Shown: positions 13,061 to 31,560 of the stretch, in pieces
Layout of the letters: every line of letters begins with the position of its first letter
How positions within the stretch are numbered: the stretch's first letter is position 1
NCBI GenBank assembly: GCA_049724395.1
Contig: JAUGWO010000111.1
Coordinates: 1-64,000 of the forward strand
DNA length: 64,000 nucleotides
Source of the DNA: Spongospora subterranea f. sp. subterranea
Lineage: Eukaryota
Reading direction: 5' to 3'
Position numbers and translations under genes: made by a program
Notes under the pieces: model-generated
Database searches by the model: none
What the model was told of the DNA's origin: nothing
The model's input: the letters and a program-made list of their open reading frames with translations, nothing else

Positions 13061-14873
13061 ATGACGCTGGCCATATTGGTGGCTGTGTTGACCATATCGC
13101 TGGCGGTTGGCGATTGGCAATCATTGCCCAGCGACCTGGCGACATGTCTCGATTCCTTTAACTTGACCGCCATTACAAACGGCGATCCCTCATACGACGA
13201 TCTACGATTATCCCATAACCAGCGAATCTCCTTTCAACCAAAGGCGATCGTTCTCCCGGCCTCCACCAACGACGTCGCCAACACTGTCCAATGCGCTCGC
13301 GCGTCGAGCTTGAAATTTTCCGTTCGTTCCGGGAAACATTCTTACGAGGGATATGGGGTTCAGAACGACGCCGTTCTCATCGACCTGTCCAAGATGAAGG
13401 AAGTGGACGCGATCGACTCGGAGAGGAACGAAGTTTGGCTCGACGCCGGTCTAACGCTGGGCGAAGTCTATGTCGCGTTGGCACAATTCAATCGAACCCT
13501 GCCAGGAGGCACATGCGTATCGGTTGGTCTCGGTGGTCATGTCCTTGGCGGCGGGTTTGGGGTTCGATCACGGAAATACGGCCTGATGGTCGACCGCGTT
13601 CGCGCCGTCGAATTTGTCGACGTGAACGGCGTGGTGATCACCGCCGATTCAGCGAATCACTCCGATCTTTTCTGGGCCTTGCTTGGCGCTGGTCAAGGCC
13701 AATTCGGTATTGTGACCAAGTGAGTATCGTGTTGAGAATGGCGCCATCGGGTGGGCTGACCCGTTGACCAGGTTCCGTTTCGCAACGGTCGAGGCGAAAC
13801 CCGTCATCAACGCCGTTTATATCTATCCTGTTCGCGACGCCGCAAACGCCCTGAAGTTCCTGCAGAGGTTCGGCAACGACAACACGCAGCCGAAGGAGCT
13901 GTACATGTCGGTGTCGTTGGTGCGATCGCGCGATTCCGTCGTGATCACGGGGCAATACATCGGGACGATGGCCGATTTCCGCACGGCGATCTCCAGTTCG
14001 GGTCTGGAAGCGGTTGGCAATGCCGCCTCCACCGAGATCACACCATATACCTTCCTGGAATCGATGTTATGGCTGGCGAACCTGGCGATCGACGACCCGT
14101 CGTTGGCGCTCTCTTATCAGTACGGACAGGACTCGGAATCGGCTCATCATTGGAAAGCGCGATCGGGGTTCATCAAGTCCATCATGACCGACGCTCAGAT
14201 CAGCGCCATCGTGACCGCATTCTACGATCGATCAGCGCCGGCCTTCGCCGTCTGGGACGCCTACGTCCTGATCGATTCCTGGGGTGGAGAGATCGCGACC
14301 ACGCCGTCCGCCTCGCTATCGGAGTTCGCCCATCGCAATGCGATCAACTCGGTTCAGGCGATGGTGATGTGGGCGGATGGCGATCGCATCGAATCCTCGC
14401 TGAGAAAGGTTCGACACCGTTTCAATCTCGTTCGTTTTCGTTTTTGTTTCACGGAATCACTGGAACTTCTGTTGTTGGTGTTGTCAGTTCTTCTCCATTT
14501 ACACAGACTGAACACTGCATTGAATTTCTAGTGGCAAGATCAAATGTGGGCCGCGTTTCAGCCATCGTTATCGGGGGCGTTTGTGAACTATGCCGATGGC
14601 GATATCCAGAACTACATGGGCGAGTATTACCCGGGCAATGAGGCGCGACTGGTTTCTGTCAAGTCGAAATACGATCCTGAGAACGTGATGGCGTTCAACC
14701 AGAGCATTCCGGTGGACGGGGAACAGACGCCGATATCCAGCGAGATGAGGTCGACGAGTCCCGATGATCCGACGATAGCACGATCATCGGCAGGCGGTTT
14801 GATCTACCAGATATCTATCGCCGTCATGACCGTCCTCATTGCTGTTAAATCTGTAAAGAGTGTCTGTGAGTAA
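13061..14873 (+). CDS. Secreted berberine-bridge-enzyme-like (AA7/oligosaccharide-oxidase-like) FAD oxidase, probably GPI-anchored
   Basis: Signal peptide MTLAILVAVLTISLAVG. RSGKHSYEG (His-FAD) and GTCVSVGLGGHVLGGG (Cys-FAD) motifs, DLFWALLGAG, BBE C-terminal FVNY...RLVSVKSKYDPEN, Ser/Thr linker and hydrophobic tail. Introns 13720-13771 and 14409-14531 join the exons in frame. Confidence 0.93.
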
Positions 14874-15139
14874 TAAAGGCGCAATTGACGTCACTCCCTC
14901 CATTCCGATTCGACATGTGATCTTGTCGCTAAATACAGAACAACTCCAATCAATCGTGATCGCGATGTGATATCATTCTTTGATCTGCTCTATGTTAACG
15001 TCTTGTCGCACAGGCTCCTGATTATCACAGTCGTGATGTAAATACGATCAAGGTCTTCACTTGACTTATCGACGACACGACCGATGGCGACGATGTGTTG
15101 CCCAACGGATAACACATCAGACGAATTGTGATCGTCTCG

Positions 15140-17150
15140 TCACGTGTAAAAAAAATAAAAGAGTCGTTGATAGTCACGATATTGTACTAGTAAGCTCATG
15201 ATCAAACGTCCCCCATTATCAAATCGACATTTGGCGAAAACAGAACTCATTCTGATGACAGGAGACTCAACACGAAATGTGAAAAAACGTTTATCGCCCA
15301 ATTGGTTGGCGTCTTCTTGTTTGGCATTGTCGACTGGCAGGCGGAACCGGTGAACTGGTAATAAATTCGGTGTTGCCAAGTAGGGTGTAGTTAATTGTGA
15401 CCAGTGTCCATCAGGTTTGTTGTCCACGATCGAGCAATCCTCGTGTATTGAGGACGACACGTCACCAGAAGGGACGTGATCATCGCCATAGCTGTGACAC
15501 CAGGACGCACGAGCGGTGAGGGTGGAAACAGACCCGAAAGTGAACAGAACTGTTGACCGCAGTCGTTTTCAGAAACATTGATACAATTATGTCCTTTTCT
15601 GGGAAAGTCATGTGGATATTGTGGATATAATGGGACCAATATACAGGGGATATTGGGGCAGTTTAAATGGTGATTAATGGTGGATGATGATTGTGGTGAA
15701 CCCCATAAATGGACATCATCACATTCCGACTGGTAATTGGACCAGGATAAACCCATCGCGTTGACCACGTGGGGGAATCACAGGAACTGTATTGCAGGAT
15801 CTGATGGCCCTGGTCATATTGACACTTGTTCACCAGGTCCATTGGATAGTGTGTAATTACCTGGCTCAGTTCGATATTCCATTGGTTCCAGAACAGATCA
15901 GATGATCACAAATATCAGGAGAACTATTGCAGAAGGTGAATCGTTCTGTCATAACTGACATCGAATACCGAAACTGCCCATTGGCACATCACTCCCTCAT
16001 CACACGAATAACGTCCAAGGTTCCTCAACTGACGAAACCACCTTCCGGCTCCTGATGGAAATCTGCCGGGCGATTTGTCTATCTGAGATGTTGTGGGATT
16101 TAGGGCGAATAGTTCACCCGTTAATGTGTGGCGGATATCGGGGATGATTGTGGATATCAATGGTAGACGACATCGCAATCATGTGATTGCCGACGACAAC
16201 GCCCTGTCCACCTCAGGGTTAATGGTGTTTATGGGGACGGTCGATCATGGCATTGTGATCCAGTCCCGAGCCGTCAACATTGGCGGAATCGCTCATTGCC
16301 CGAGATCATCAACGAACTGGTCCATAAATAAATTCGTCGATCGTGTTAGAATAGCGGTTCAGCATAGTTTAGGCGGTTTGACAGAACACGGAAGTGGAAT
16401 CCATTGAACCGTTGACCAACACCTGGGACATCTGCCGTTTATCTGCAAATCACGGATTGCCGGATTTGAGAAGATGGTAATCAATGAAGATGACCTGTTT
16501 GTGTAGTTGTGTAGACGATTAGGGGACTGGCGATTAAACCGATCATGACGACCCGCAGCGACCGATCATCCTTGTCCTGTAAACTTTAGAAGCGCTGGTG
16601 GCGCGACTCGGTGTGCCAGGCCAGTTCAGCTGCTCCAGGTCAGGAACCAACAGGCCGAGAGATTGGCAATGGAATCGGATGAGCGGAAGGAGGAAGAGGG
16701 CGCGGAACAAGGCAGTTGAGCAATCACCGAATTGACACCAGAGCTGATCCGCAAATCACGTTGGAGATTAAGTTCAAATCGGTCACAATTGGTTGAATTC
16801 TGACACAAGGAAAGGCCAAATCGATTTGCGTTCGGGAGCGGAGAATAGAAATCTGGAATGAGATAAACCAGAGAATCAACGTAATACCGTTCGAACAATA
16901 TCGCTGCTTCATCAGATTGAAATTGTGATCGCTGATCTCACTGTGTTTGTCGATAATAATCGTCTCGGTAATGGATCAGTCGATATCCCTCATGGGGTAA
17001 AATCCCATCTGTTGATCTGTTGATACGTCGTAATCCACGAGATATCCAAATGGCGACGAAGACTAAAGCAATGCCGAGAGAGAACAATGTCGAAAAGATG
17101 TGTTGGGAAAGATACGCGAAGGGTCTGTTATTGAGCTAGTGTGAGTTTGA
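15140..17150 (-). other. Possible intron-rich gene or pseudogene of unknown function
   Basis: Hydrophobic segment IFSTLFSLGIALVFVAIWIS near 17050-17100 and several short open frames with splice-like flanks; no complete model built. Confidence 0.25.
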
Positions 17151-18951
17151 CACCAACCAAAAGAGTGCTTCAGAGATTTGTTCACTTGAACCTGGACGAA
17201 CGGGGTTCAAAAGGAAACCCTTGTTCTGTTATAGAATACTGTAAATTCCGATTATAATCGTGGCGCGTTGATATTGCAAAACATTTTCAATAGAATCGGG
17301 TCGATTGTTTTCGTTTTATGATGATGATAAATACGATCTTATCGCCTAAGTATCAAGATTGGCGATAGTTGATATGGTGTGGAAATGGATGATGGCGTTA
17401 TCAGTGATGGCAGCAATGGGGAAACAGACGCCAACACAGGGACCGATTCCCTTGACCTGATAGAATACCAACAGGCGATAAACCCTGTCCATGGATTCAT
17501 GATCAGGCAATGGACGATCTTGGCCCCCGCCCTAACATTGAAAGTCATGAATTTACGAACATGTTCAATCTAATGTGTTCAGATTGAATTTATCATGTAC
17601 TGGGGCAACATTGAACACGGGTCAAGACCAGAAGAGGTTAAAACCGTTAGTCTTTTGAAAAAAATAAGGTGATGATTGCTCGCAATTCGCAAGGAGGGGC
17701 GCCGGTACCGCCCCATCGTCCAGGGCGTTATACTTGTCGACAACCTCAGCCATATTTTGCATCATTGCACTTTTGCAGTAATGAGCACTCCCCCACAACT
17801 TTAACCAGAGTATGTTTCGTCGTCCAATATTAGCAGAAGCGATTGATCGTCACGATCACAGGATATCTCGTGGCGCATTTCATCCCAGAGTTTCCATTTC
17901 CAAAATGTGCCTTCCGAGCGGCTCAGTTTCAGCGTCGCCTTTTTGCCAGAGAGGCCTTGAGCGCGTAATCGGCGCCACGCTTTCAATGTCTGGACCATCG
18001 ACTGTCCATGCCCTCGGGTGCCTTCTTGTTCGACCATCGTTGTCGGCGATTGGACGCACTGATAGTACCGGGCGGGAGTTGGGAAGCGATGTATAAATCC
18101 TTGGCCGCGTCTCGAGCATCTTTAGCGAGGTCGAACCGTCGCTGTAGCCTCTGTATTTCGGACGAAACAGGATTATTGTTGACTCTTTTGATCTATCATG
18201 CGGGCGGCGGCAGCAGTAGTATTTTCGGCATTTCGCATGAAGCTTCGGAATGCGTCGGATTCGTTGGAACGACATACCAAACACAGACGGTGCGTTTCCA
18301 ACAGCAGGTGGACGGGAAGGGGGAGAGGATGATCGATGTGGAGACGCCAATAGGGACGATGACCAGATAACACCTTGAACAGAACGAGACAGTACAGCAG
18401 AGGAAGTCGGAGCCATTTGTCAGGAAAGAGTGAAGGGAGCGGATCCACATCACATTGTTATAATGTATTTAGGAGAAAGTCTTCGTTGTTAACGTCGCTG
18501 AAGTCGTTTTCAATTTTGCACCTGCGGAAATGGGGATTTAATGGCTGACGCACTGAACACCGTTGTTCAGTCGTCGTGCGAAGCGGTAAATTGCTTGAAA
18601 ACTTTGTCGCGGATTATAGACTCATTATAGACTCATTATTTGATTAATTGAGGTATTTACACACAGCAGTTTCAAATGTGAGTCTAAGGAGATCCGGAGG
18701 GTGATTTTCACCATTTCGAGGATTACACCAATCGCTTCTTGGATGGTAAACGGGATCACGATGAGGTCCATGTCGCAACGCTTGTTGGCCAGATTATTGT
18801 ACGGCGCCAGTAAAGCGACATTTTATGGGCGTCTTTGCCCAGTACTAATTGGATTGAAATCCCGTTTAATCTTGGTGATGTCCGACCAGGTTGAGCACGT
18901 TCTCGAACACGCCATGAATCCAATCTGTGTTGCATCGTCATCCCTTAGTGA

Positions 18952-19131
18952 TGTTCGGGGGCGGTTAATGCTGCCGATGTGAGAACGGGATGTTGCATTT
19001 GTATGATAGAGAACGGCCATTGGTAATTCTGTAATCAAGAGCGTGTTCTGGAAGTTACCAGTGGCCGTTCTCTATCATATCAATACAACATCCCGTTTTT
19101 TCACATCAGCAGCAATAACCGCCCCCGAACA
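18952..19131. repeat. ~180-bp fold-back (long imperfect inverted repeat), MITE-like or hairpin-RNA-like
   Basis: TGTTCGGGGGCGGTTA...GAGAACGGCCATTGGTAA pairs with TTACCAGTGGCCGTTCTC...TAACCGCCCCCGAACA; arms about 78 bp, loop about 20 nt. Confidence 0.85.
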
Positions 19132-20489
19132 GTGCATTTACGGCTTTGCAACGAAAATGGTAAATTGTGTTTAGTGCGTCAATCGTCCAATCCCCGTTTC
19201 CGCAGGTGTAAATGGAAAACGACTTCAACGACGTTAACAACGAAGACTCTTTCCTAAAATGCATTATATCAATGCGGTGTGGAGCCGCTTCCTTCACTCA
19301 TGGAAATGTGGACCGATCTGAAACGAGCACATATGTCGGTCGAAAACGTCAAATAAAACGTATCAGTCCATATTGAACGGTTCGGTTTGGCAATCCCGAC
19401 GATGCCGCTCATGGGTTGGGATCGTCCTCCTGAGAATTTTGACATCTGGCCCTACAATGTCTCGTTCTGTTCCGGAACAGTTCACAATGGACTGACACGT
19501 TCAAATTTGACGTTTTTGAGATAATCGCCCTTCGCAGTTCAATCAATCACCCAAATGCGGTGTCGGTCCCGTTGACCGACATACGCCTTGGCCATAAGCA
19601 GCGTCAGATAAGGGAGAACGCGATCCCACCGGGTCTGCTCTCTGGTGCCAGGGAGAGTTCAGGTAAAGGTGCAGTCTTGCCGCCATTCCGCTGTCATTCG
19701 TACGGTACGACATGGTCAGCGACCTACAGATTTACCCACGCGATGATTTTGGGAGATTTAATTCACATCTATAAGGTTTATTTGCCGGTCACGTCTTCGT
19801 CGGTCATGGAGTCGACGGCGGATGCGAATTTGAGACGAAGGGATTTCCCCTGAAGCGGGTAGCAGATCGAAACACTTCCTGGCGAAATGATCTCTGGACA
19901 GCGATGTGCGAAGCGTTTGGTATCCACATGTCGATCAACGGTTGACTGGTTCTGGCGCCACCCGCCACTGCAGTAATCGCTGATCTAGTCGCAATGCATC
20001 AAGAACAATAGTGATCAAAAGATCTTGAAACCCCAGGTGCCGACCAGCCCTTGTCCCAACCCGCATCGGCGACCAGCTGTGGCACCCTGGGAAGTGTTCG
20101 ACGGCCACTCACCGATTACCAAACTTGATTGTCGACATTGTGTCTGCTGTGGATTCTGCCCAGTTCGTTGTCGCGATCTTTCGCAGGTCGATAACAGTTG
20201 GCGACATACTGTATCTGGGTATTATCACCAGATGTATCGCCCATCTCTGACAACAGAATGGCAGTGGGGGCAGGAACAATCAGGGCGTGTCGTCAGGGAC
20301 GATTATCAACGAAGAGCATGTCGAGTCTTACGATCCCGAGTCGAGTGACGACGACGACGACCGGGATGCGTCGTGGAGTCCGTCAAGCCGGGCGCGGCGG
20401 AATGGACCACCTCTTAGAGCTGTTAATAATGAGCAGCACGAGTCAACTGTAGTGGAATTGACCAGAGGTCCAACATCACAATAACACTC

Positions 20490-21426
20490 ATCATAAAGTT
20501 GTATGTGAATGCTCCAGCGCATTCCAAGCGTCGGCCGGGGGTCCTACATTCAATCACCGTCATCACTTGGTTTGCTTCTACGTTGTTGACTATTTCGGCA
20601 AAGCAAATGTCGTTTTCGTGCTGTTCCTGTGATGAGACAACTCTACTATGTGCCACAGCCGTGTGGATTTCAGGTGAACCTTCATTTGGAACGGCCACAT
20701 CATGTTGTTCTGGTCATTGAGATTGACTCCTCGGTATGATCTCACAATAGAATTGCTCGTGGGCGTCGAGGCTCGTTTTGTTGGGAATTCGCTTGTCTCG
20801 TCAAGGCTGGCATCGTGGAGAGAGAGAATATTCTATTTAGCGTTAGCGCTGTGATTAAGGAGTGAGTTTATTTGGTATCGGACGTGTTCAGTTATCTCAG
20901 CCATGATTCACGTATTACAACTTCCTTATTCCTGAATCATCGCCGGAGTGAATGTTTGACGTATCTTCAACAGTTATGATTTCCAATAGGTGTGTCCATT
21001 GACGTGAGGTTGAGATTCGGTTCTGAGTTAGGGAGCGCGATTTCGACTGTTAATCCGTCAATTTAAAAATCAGTGTTAATCGCGCTCTATAACTCAGAAC
21101 CGAATCACAACCTCACGTCAATGGACACATCAATTAAAAATCATAACGCATATGTGAAACGCGCCGATAGGCAAATCAATATGTGGCGACACAGATTATT
21201 GCCACACAGGACGCCAACCTAAGGGCGAAGGTGTAATCAAACCAAATTCCGGAATCGTTTGAGATTGGCGACCATAAAATAAGGGCCCTATTGGTCCCGT
21301 TCCCACAATTACTCACTCACCTAGAAAGTGAATGTCAACTTAGAGCGCCAGAAGACACTAGCGTCGATGATCCAGATCACCTAGAAAGGGTGTCCCTCTC
21401 TAAGACAACAGAGATATCGCCCGACA
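20490..21426 (-). mobile_element. Relic of a third copia family (copia-3): probable 5' LTR, PBS, leader and gag start
   Basis: gag-like LNDQNNMMWPFQMKVHLKSTRLWHIVE and IECRTP..DAWNALE. PBS GATTAACAGTCGAA at 21055-21042 is identical to copia-1 and copia-2. Candidate LTR 21426-21056 (TGTC...GACG). Confidence 0.7.
20973..21147. repeat. 175-bp inverted repeat flanking the copia-3 PBS
   Basis: GTTATGATT...GTGTCCATTGACGTGAGGTTG.GATTCGGTTCTGAGTTA..GAGCGCGATT pairs with its reverse complement ending ...AATCATAAC. Confidence 0.9.
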
Positions 21427-22229
21427 TTCTTAAGGGACTAGAATAAGGTCAGAATTTATATATAAAATAGGAAAAATGGAATTACGAATAAAAAAGGGCT
21501 AATTTTATCGTGTTCGCCGTTTGTGCATCGTTCAATTTGGTCGGTTATTCCTGTTATTCCGCAGTCCTTGGGTTTGTTTTCGATTTTTGTCATTGCTATT
21601 TGACGGCGCTTCTCCTACGTTTTCGCTGGATTGTGTCGGATTACGTGATTGTCACTAATTTTCGGTACATGTGATTACTATCGATCATTATTCGGTTGTC
21701 CTTCACTATCTGAGGCGTTTGTCGTGACTTGATTTCATTATGTGGTCTGTGGTATTGCGGTTTCCCGCCAAATCCAAAATCCCGGTTCGTGTCAAACTTT
21801 TTACGGTTTTCCACGTAAGGGGCTTCTTACCCCTTGGAGTAATTTAAAGGCTGTTTGTCGGCTGTTCCTTATCATAGCTCGACAGGCGAGCATCCCTCCA
21901 CTACCACAACCACCATCGATAGTAGCCGAATCCAGCCGGTTTATAAGATTCGAAATCAGTCGACATAATTCAAAGCGCGACTTGCAGTTGCCGGGTCAGT
22001 TGTTAGTGAAAAGAAACAAAACTACTGTGAAAATGACAGGAGAGCCATGGAAAAACCCAAAAACCATGAAACCCCAAGTGACAGAATGTACGATAAAACT
22101 TGATAGTACCCCGTTCATGATAGACATTAACATCATGATGAATAGGTACCACGTCGATTGTGAGTAATGGTGGAGTATTGGGACGCCAAAATATTGCGAA
22201 AGTTTGATTCGAGCGATTTTTACTTGCGA

Positions 22230-22622
22230 TTATTGTTGATGGCTTCGGTTTGTTGATTGTGACGATAAATAGGTATTGATTGTGTTCAACTGAGCTGAAA
22301 TATTGTTCTTATCTGCAGATATTGCAGTTCAGATCCACAAGGAAGTATTGCTAGAGTCGATATCACCTTGGTCAATAATGGCGCGAACCTGATTCCCTGG
22401 TAGCCTTAAGAACATGTTTCCATAGTTGAGCCACACCCCCTTCGATGACTGTAGATGGACAGGAGCTCGATCTTGGTCCAACGCCAAATAGGCGTTCAGG
22501 CGCTCCGATAGCTCATTAGCCTGATTTGTCAGGGAAATGGACATGAACGACAGCGGTGATGTCAAGTGATATGATTATACCTGGTCGTGCAAGGCCGTTC
22601 GGGACGTCAGACCAATGTCCAT
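22230..22622 (-). CDS. PDRG1-like / prefoldin-beta-like small protein (3 exons)
   Basis: Spliced reading MDIGLTSRTALHDQ|ANELSERLNAYLAL...KGVWLNYGNMFLRLPGNQVRAIIDQ|DKNNISAQL...*; the GNMFxxxP motif followed by a coiled coil is typical of PDRG1. Confidence 0.6.
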
Positions 22623-22769
22623 AACGGCCCACAACACCGTATAAATGCGTCGGCGCAAAACAACGGAAAAGTGAATCAGCAAGATCGGCAATATGGGGTC
22701 GCCCGCGGTCTAGTTATCCCTCAATTGTGGAGTTGGGTTTACTGAATTCAATAAATATGTATTGTATTT

Positions 22770-27821
<5,052 letters not shown>

Positions 27822-28444
27822 TATTATGTAAATTCCCAGTACGTCTCCTCGAGTAGAGTTGGATCGAGTTGGGAAAAAATATCAAATCAAACAATGATGA
27901 TTGCCGATATGATAGTGAACCATGTTAGAAACATCAAACCATTGTGATATGAGGATGAGGGGGGATTATGGGAAGGAAACAGGAACGGAGGCTGCTGCCC
28001 CCAACTTTCACAGGCTACAGTAAGTACTGTAGGTGTTGTTGTCATTACCTGGCTGACACTAGCCAACTGTACATACGCATCGCAGTATAAATGGGGCTGC
28101 GCCGGCGTGGGCGAACCAAAGTGAAGAGTCTATATCCGCCATGGCGATTTTTTATGGTCCAGTACTGTACCGAATGCGTCACACCGAGACCAGGGGTGGC
28201 ACGATGGATTTTTGTTTAAAAACCACCTGCGTCGTGGCCCAACACTAAAGTGGTTTTATTATCTGAGGGCCTGAGGACTCCGCTTCGGGATCCACGGGGA
28301 ATCGGGGATGCTTCCGGCACTGTCTCTGGTTCTCTGCCGCCCGGCTACTTGCCTCACGCTAAGCGCAAACCAATATATAATCATGTCTGGAATTCAAATT
28401 GAAGACTTAATACCAATAATGTCTGAATTTGAAGACATAGTGGA

Positions 28445-28904
28445 TGACAAGAATGCCCGTGAAATACCTGACGATGAGGGTGGGCGCCTCGCCAACAAGA
28501 AGCGTGGCCGAGCGTTTGCTGACGTCTTCGTGATCTTCAGAACCGTCATATTTCTTGATAGCGGACAGAACTTCCTTCATTCCACTACGACATCAACGTT
28601 ACAACTACGCTTATGTACAGAATCATGAAGGAAGTTCTGTCCGCTAACACGAAATACGACGGTTCTGACGATCACGATCTACTGCCTTGGCAACAAAAGA
28701 TTACAATGTACCTTTCAACCAAAGACCTTGAGAGTTTCATTGAAGGACCCCTTGACAGGCCAATAAGCAGGGAAGATTAATCTGAACTGGTGCTGTGTGC
28801 TGTCGGGGAAACGTTCAGATAGTGTGCTCCTGGTTTGACGGCCACGCTTCTTGTTGGCGAGGCGATCACCCTCATCGTCAGGTACATCACGGGTATTCTT
28901 GTCA
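28445..28904. repeat. Nested inverted repeats (outer 66-bp arms, inner 53-bp arms)
   Basis: Outer arms 28445-28510 and 28839-28904; inner arms 28528-28580 and 28625-28677. Confidence 0.85.
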
Positions 28905-29099
28905 GCGCAGTTCAAGGTGTACATCAACACCAACAATTTGTAGTTCACTAAGCAGTAAGCAGGGTGCATTTGCCGGCGCTATCATATCTGATGATGACAG
29001 TGATGCAGTATTGATCGACAGCATTGAAGTCAACGCAATTAAAATTGTCACTTTTGTAAAAAACCTGGTGGTTTTTGTTTTTTTTTTGTTTTGTATTGA

Positions 29100-29750
29100 A
29101 AGAATAAACCACTTCGGCGAGGCGAAACCCTGGATATTTCAGTGCCATAAGTTAACGGTTGCTGCTGAAGGACCAGCAGGATCTGGTTTATCAAACCCCG
29201 GACCATTGACGAGTGGCCACTGAAAGGTTCGGGGAGACATGCTCGCGGTTCTCGAATTGTTGGTACAATTCTTGCCTCTTGAACGGTTGATATTTGTTCT
29301 TGCTGCTGGCGAACTTGCTCCTGGAGTTGGGAGTGTTGTTGCCGCATCTCCAGTATGGTGCGTTGTAGTTGCTGTATGAAAGTCGAGTCGGTAGGTTCTG
29401 AGTTTTCCGGAATACTAGCATCAGAATTAAGATTCATGGAGGGTTGGAATGAGGGCTGATGATGACGAAGGACTAGACTGGGGAACGGAGGAGACGGGGA
29501 ATTGGCTTAGCGAGGCGAAAGGTACGTAAACCTTGATAGAAGAGAGAGAGAGAACAACAGACACGAGGGAAGAGACTGGGCGAGGCGAAAGGTACGTAAA
29601 CCTTGATAGAAGCGAGAGAGAGAACGGAGGAGACGGGGGAATTGACTTCGTGAGGCGAAAGGTACGTAAACCTTGATAGAGGAGAGGATCGTATTATAGT
29701 GTTAGACAACGACGAGAGTAGGAAAGAGCCCAAGATTGTGTATATTAGCG
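29100..29750 (-). mobile_element. Ty3/gypsy (chromovirus-like) gag start with a repeat-containing LTR/leader remnant
   Basis: Coiled coil followed by REPRACLPEPFSG...GTEISRV; three copies of GAGGCGAAAGGTACGTAAACCTTGATAG at 29512-29680. Confidence 0.7.
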
Positions 29751-29849
29751 ACTATCAATACGATCTGATTCCCTTGTGGTAACTTGTATTCAGGGAATCA
29801 TATCGTCTAATGTGTGTCACTGTACATATATTACCTATTGTGGGGTCAT

Positions 29850-31560
29850 TACATGTGGGGCCCTGACACTGGTGGCTCCCCTGCAGCAACAGCTACATTC
29901 ATGTCTGGCTCATACCGACCGACGTTCCTCACGTGAGGTCTTCCCTCAGGAATGCAACGCATTCCAGTTGCTGGTCAGCGATCCGTTCCGTTTTCCGGAA
30001 TGTAGTACAGTTGGCACATCTCCGTTCGGATTACACTGTCAATTTTTTTAGTGACGCCTGCAACGCATCGTGGTCTGTTGTTGTGACCCAGTGTGACGGA
30101 TAACGTCTGCCTCAAATACTGGAGCTTTAGAACAGGATGGCTTTATAAGTGAATTAAAGGAATGAACCCAAAAGCCTCAGCCAAATTCGTCTTGTCCAAT
30201 CTGGTTGCGTCACGCCTCATGTCGGAACACATCCCGAACACGTCATGCCTCATGAAGCAACACATCCTGACCAATACGAGCTGCTTGGTGACGCGACACA
30301 TCAGGCGGAACATTAACGAAAAAGTTCCCGTTATATAAAAGCGACGACGGCTGCGCCTTCAAGTCTTCAGGCCGAGTCAGTCTATCTGGTGCGATGTGTA
30401 TGCAGCCCTTCCAACGATCCTGTGACTCATTAATGCCTCGTCGCGCCAGCGGAATCCCGAATGGCGATCGCGCGTAAAGCCCCCATCTCCTCTATCAATG
30501 TCATGGTTGGTGCCGTTCTCCTCATTTTCCGCCCCATCGTAAGAAATATCGACGTCAGAAGCGTCGCGGTAGGTTGCATTATTTTGACTGCTTCAACTCG
30601 GCTTCCTGATCATTCGTGTCGTGTATTCCCGCATCATCACTTGGTGTATGGCCCCTTACAATAGACCGCGCCGCAAATCCCTGTTTATCATCGTCCTTGT
30701 CGCCTCCCACCGCGACCATCAGGAACTTGCCCCTTGTTGGACCCGTCAGCACTTTGTGGTGAACGTCGATCAGTAACCGGAACTGCTCCAAAAATGGTGT
30801 GCCCAACGTTAGCGGGTAAGGAGAGTTCTTTGGGACTCCTTCCATATTGGCGCCTGTGCCTATTTCAGTTAGATTAGCATAAATTGAACCCATCGTTGAA
30901 CTCGGTACGCCTGTAAACCCTTTAACCATGATAAGGCCCTGCCGGTCGACCTCATGTCCGGCCGGCAACACGTCCTGATCCACGAAGTTCAGTGACGCCC
31001 CGCTGTCAACGAGCGCCAGCAGTGGCCTGTCGCCCATTGTCACTCTGATGGCGAGCACCTTTCCTGCCATGCTGTTCGCTTGTGTCACGAAATTCCACAT
31101 CGGTGAGCTCGCCATGTGCGGTTGGGTACGACCATCCCCATAATCTCCACTGCTCGGTTCTGTAAGTCGAAATGCTTCCTTAGGTGGTTCGGGACAAAGT
31201 CGTTCGAAATGTCCTTCGCTGTCACAATTCCAGCAACGAACAAGTCGTTGCGCTTGCGCAGATGCAACCTTGCAGCGGGACGGAGGTCGCGATGCCTCGC
31301 CTGTGATCGCTCAATGCTCAACGCCTTTGAAACCATCTTCTCAAAGGACTCAATCTCAGAGAACAGACCGAGGCTGACGCGATAGGACCCAGAAGAGCGT
31401 CGCGAAATTGCTGTGCCAGCAGAGACGGCGGCATTTGGAAGCCTTGCTTCGACGTGCGCCTGACTTTCGCATAAGCCAGCGAAAATTCGACGTCAAAATC
31501 CTCCACCGGCTGCCTCGGACGCTGTCGTAGATCATTAAACTTGTCTAAGCTATTCCGGCC
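29850..31560 (-). mobile_element. Degraded Ty3/gypsy gag-protease
   Basis: Zinc knuckle CWNCDSEGHFERLCP near 31230-31190; aspartic protease ALVDSGASLNFV...LGTPFL. Confidence 0.75.

Noticed and set aside
13291..14641. Long overlapping alternative-frame ORFs in the oxidase gene
   Set aside because: Expected shadow ORFs of GC-rich coding sequence.
17700..18450. HTH-like transposase N-terminus on the minus strand
   Set aside because: No catalytic motifs or TIRs; too degraded to call.
21030..21060. tRNA-Asn gene
   Set aside because: Only the anticodon-arm 14-mer is present, with no T-arm or acceptor stem; better explained as the copia-3 PBS.
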